Made by a program: the position numbers and the translations under genes
Assembly: GCF_964355755.1 (NCBI RefSeq)
Contig: NC_092672.1
Coordinates: 35,780,437-35,844,436, forward strand
DNA length: 64,000 bases
Direction of reading: 5' to 3'
Source of the DNA: Antedon mediterranea
Taxonomy: Eukaryota > Animalia > Echinodermata
The notes under the pieces: generated by a model
Databases searched by the model: none
What the model was told of the DNA's origin: nothing
The model's input: only the letters and a program-made list of their open reading frames with translations
Shown: positions 61,298-64,000 of the stretch, one piece after another
Layout: the number at the start of each line of letters is the position of its first letter
How positions within the stretch are numbered: the first letter of the stretch is position 1

Positions 61298-61759
61298 CCG
61301 TAAAACCTCGAAAAGAAGCCCATGGGCTTAAACCTCGAAATGAAGCCCATCTCGAAACGAAGCCCCTCTCAGTTTGCAAAAGTACTCTCGAAAAAAAGCC
61401 CATCTCGAAATGAAGCCCCGGGCTTCTTTTCAAGATAGTATGGGCTTCATTTCGAGATAGACTCCCGGATAGACTACTCATACTGTATTGAGATGATGAC
61501 GAAATTATTGTATTTGACGGTGAATCATAGGACTGTTTTTTTGCTTTTTATATTGTTTTTTAATTGGTATATTAAACATAATTTCATGGTTGAAAAAATG
61601 TCTCAAAAGTCACATTATTGTAGTAGAAATTCACAAAATTTACAGCATTCATTTCGAAAAGAAGCCCCCCTCTACAGTTTGCAAAAGTACTCTCGAAAAG
61701 AAACCCACCCAAGAGCACTAAAAAAAGAAGCCCATGGGCTTCTTTTCGAGGTTTTACGG
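61298..61759. mobile_element. Tc1/mariner-like MITE
   Basis: TA|CCGTAAAACCTCGAAAAGAAGCCCATGGGCTT ... perfect inverted copy|TA; internal CTCGAAA.GAAGCCC subrepeats. Confidence 0.83.
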
Positions 61760-63119
61760 TATGTATTGTACTTTAAATTTATTTTTATTGCAATTCATTT
61801 GACCAATAATAAAAGAAAATGCCTCAAAAGTTTGATATTGATATTTCTTTGCTTATGATATAATTTTATTTCTGTTTATTTTAGTGATCTTTTATGAGAC
61901 AAAGTATTTTTTACTTCTAATTTTATTCCTGAAAAGATACAGGTGTCTGTGTTTGTACACATTTTTTCTGTCTCAACGTTGTATGAATTTAAAAAAAAAA
62001 CTGTTGAAGATTTCAGAAAGACAGACATAGATAGAATAGAGATTGAAATATTAATATATTTGAAACCAGAATCATATATGGAATGAAAAATATCTATTTA
62101 TTTTAGTCCTAGTTAATCTTTAAATTAAAAATAACGACTTTTATTAACTATATATTACCAATGCAATGCTTACAATACCATATACCGGGATCGCTATACC
62201 ATACTTACTTCTAGGCCTAATTACATTACAAAGGCAGTGAATGATGTCTGGGTTGTGTGCTCCTCCAATCACGGATTTCCCCGGTCACAGAAAGTGACAC
62301 ACACTGGCCTGGCTGTTTGGATTTCTATTTTAAACAACATTTTTCTAGGCCGTTGTCATGAACAATAAATAGGCTGACCTACCACATTTCAAAGTTTGAT
62401 TCCAGGGCTTTCACAGTTGAATTAATTCATCTAGGACCCATAAAATGGCTTTTGTTTTTTCTTTTATTCTCTCCCTCACACATGTTCTTATGGCCGTTCT
62501 TCAAAATCGACTCAAAATCAAAAACGTGATTTTAAATTATCATAACAAAAGCAAGAGCCCCCAACGGCCACTCATTACTAAGCACTCAGAGATCTTTGCT
62601 TGGAGTAAAAATGCTAATACCATGCTCAGGTACCGAAGAAATTTAATTTTGTATACATACTATCCTATTTCTGTTCTTGATTATTAAATTAGTCATCAAT
62701 TACCAAAACCGGGCTGTCAATCAAAGCAAATTGCGTTGGAAAATGGTTTTCTCTCTGAAAAAATGCACGCCACGCAAACGTCATTAGGCCTACGTGTGCG
62801 TTTTTGTTTTTTGCGTTCAATTCAATTCTATTCAACTTCATTTAACCACGGAGGAGGCCCAGATCAACACATGGTTGTTCTTCCCTGGAGCCGTGCACTG
62901 AAAGAAAATACAAATACAATTTCAACAATGTTTTTACAATATTATGTACAGTAGGCCTACAGGATATAAATATATTTAAACGTTTTAATAAAGGGTATAG
63001 GCCTATGATTTCTATATCATGATCATGGATGAGATTTGTTAGATCAGGATTGTATATTTGTGTTGCATATATAGAGTTAAGTAGAAGAGTATCTAATCTA
63101 CTATATTATAGTAGTAGTC

Positions 63120-63440
63120 TATTTTCTTACCCGCCATCAATGTCGTACCGTGCCTGGTATTTTGGCGCGGAAAATTAAGTCAACGTTTGCACCCACTGAG
63201 CAAAAGTGAAATATCTAACTGGAGAGGGCAGTACAATAAGTTAAATTTCCACGCGACGTGTTTATGTAACTTCCGGGTTTTCTTCGATACTGACCAATCA
63301 CAGGCTTCGAAATAAATCTAGTCGGGGCATGATATAAGTCATCGTAAAAGAACGAAAAGAAGAAAACGGCGGGTTAATGCAATTGCTAGCTGATGTGTGT
63401 TTGAGGCCTAATATTTTAATTACTAAAAACACCTACCAAT
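63120..63440 (+). promoter_or_regulatory. PPM1D proximal promoter (divergent from cytospin)
   Basis: Locally CpG-rich. E2F-like TTTGGCGCGGAAAA (63161), ETS ACTTCCGGGT (63269), CCAAT box TGACCAATCA (63291). Confidence 0.6.
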
Positions 63441-63747
63441 ATGACCGAAGAAGACAATTTACTGACGGGTTTACGTTTCCGAGTATCAAATGCTTCAGAT
63501 CAAGGGGGTAGAAATTACATGGAAGATGTAGTATGTGAGCATTTCGAAAAAACAGAGGCGGCAGACATTGCATGTTTTGCTGTTTTTGATGGTCATGGCG
63601 GACGGGAAGCGGCTGTTTACGCGCGAGATCATCTGTGGAAGAACATCAAGAACCAGCCTGGTTTCCTTTCATTCGACGAAAAGCAAACTAAAAAAGCAAT
63701 AAAAGATGGATTCGCAATAACACAGAATGATATGTGGAAGTTCAGAG
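63441..63747 (+). CDS. PPM1D: PP2C-family phosphatase PPM1D/Wip1, first coding exon (gene continues past the window)
   Basis: SDQGGRNYMED, FAVFDGHGGREAAVYARDHLW, AIKDGF...MWK match the PPM1D N-terminus; donor AG|GTATTT after 63747. Confidence 0.88.
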
Positions 63748-64000
63748 GTATTTAATTTAGAAAAAAAATGTTTTTAAAGATTTTTCAATAAATAGGCTAA
63801 AGTAAAAGAAAAATTAGGCCCTACAAAATGTTTTTATTTTATTAAAATAAAACTGATTGTTTGTCTAGGCCCCTAGTAGTAGGCCTAGGCTATGATGACT
63901 AGGCCTAGGTAGGCCTAGTAGAGGCCTATCCTAGCTTATTAATTAGGCCTACAACTATGCCTAGGCCCTACCCTAGTCTCTTCTATGTATAGGCCTAGTA

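Overview
AT-rich, intron-containing animal genomic DNA, most consistent with an invertebrate deuterostome (inferred from the gene set and a Deu/Nin-type SINE; the species cannot be determined). Six protein-coding genes could be reconstructed by hand with GT-AG junctions and consistent phases. In order they are: RUSF1/C16orf58 (-, probably running off the left edge), head-to-head with an MTMR3/4 myotubularin (+, ~1105 aa); SMYD4 (-, ~637 aa); an intronless-CDS P-loop sulfotransferase-like gene (-, 274 aa); a cytospin/SPECC1-family gene (-, ~899 aa); and the first coding exon of PPM1D/Wip1 (+). Introns hold about 19 copies of one ~150-bp MITE, two Ginger-like TGTTA...TAACA elements packed with TTGCGCAA palindromes, a young 5'-truncated L2/CR1-group LINE, tRNA-derived SINEs, a Helentron-type element, and hAT-, Tc1- and Harbinger-like MITEs. 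The most unusual observations are: (i) several 15-28 bp CAT...ATG micro-hairpins flanked by 7-bp duplications, resembling P-superfamily excision scars; (ii) two unrelated genes whose last codons plus stop are tandemly duplicated into the 3'UTR as ATG-initiated mini-ORFs; (iii) repeats seeded at or inserted into splice donors; and (iv) TAGGCCTA clusters near the 5' ends of genes. No CRISPR array, rRNA or convincing functional tRNA was found.
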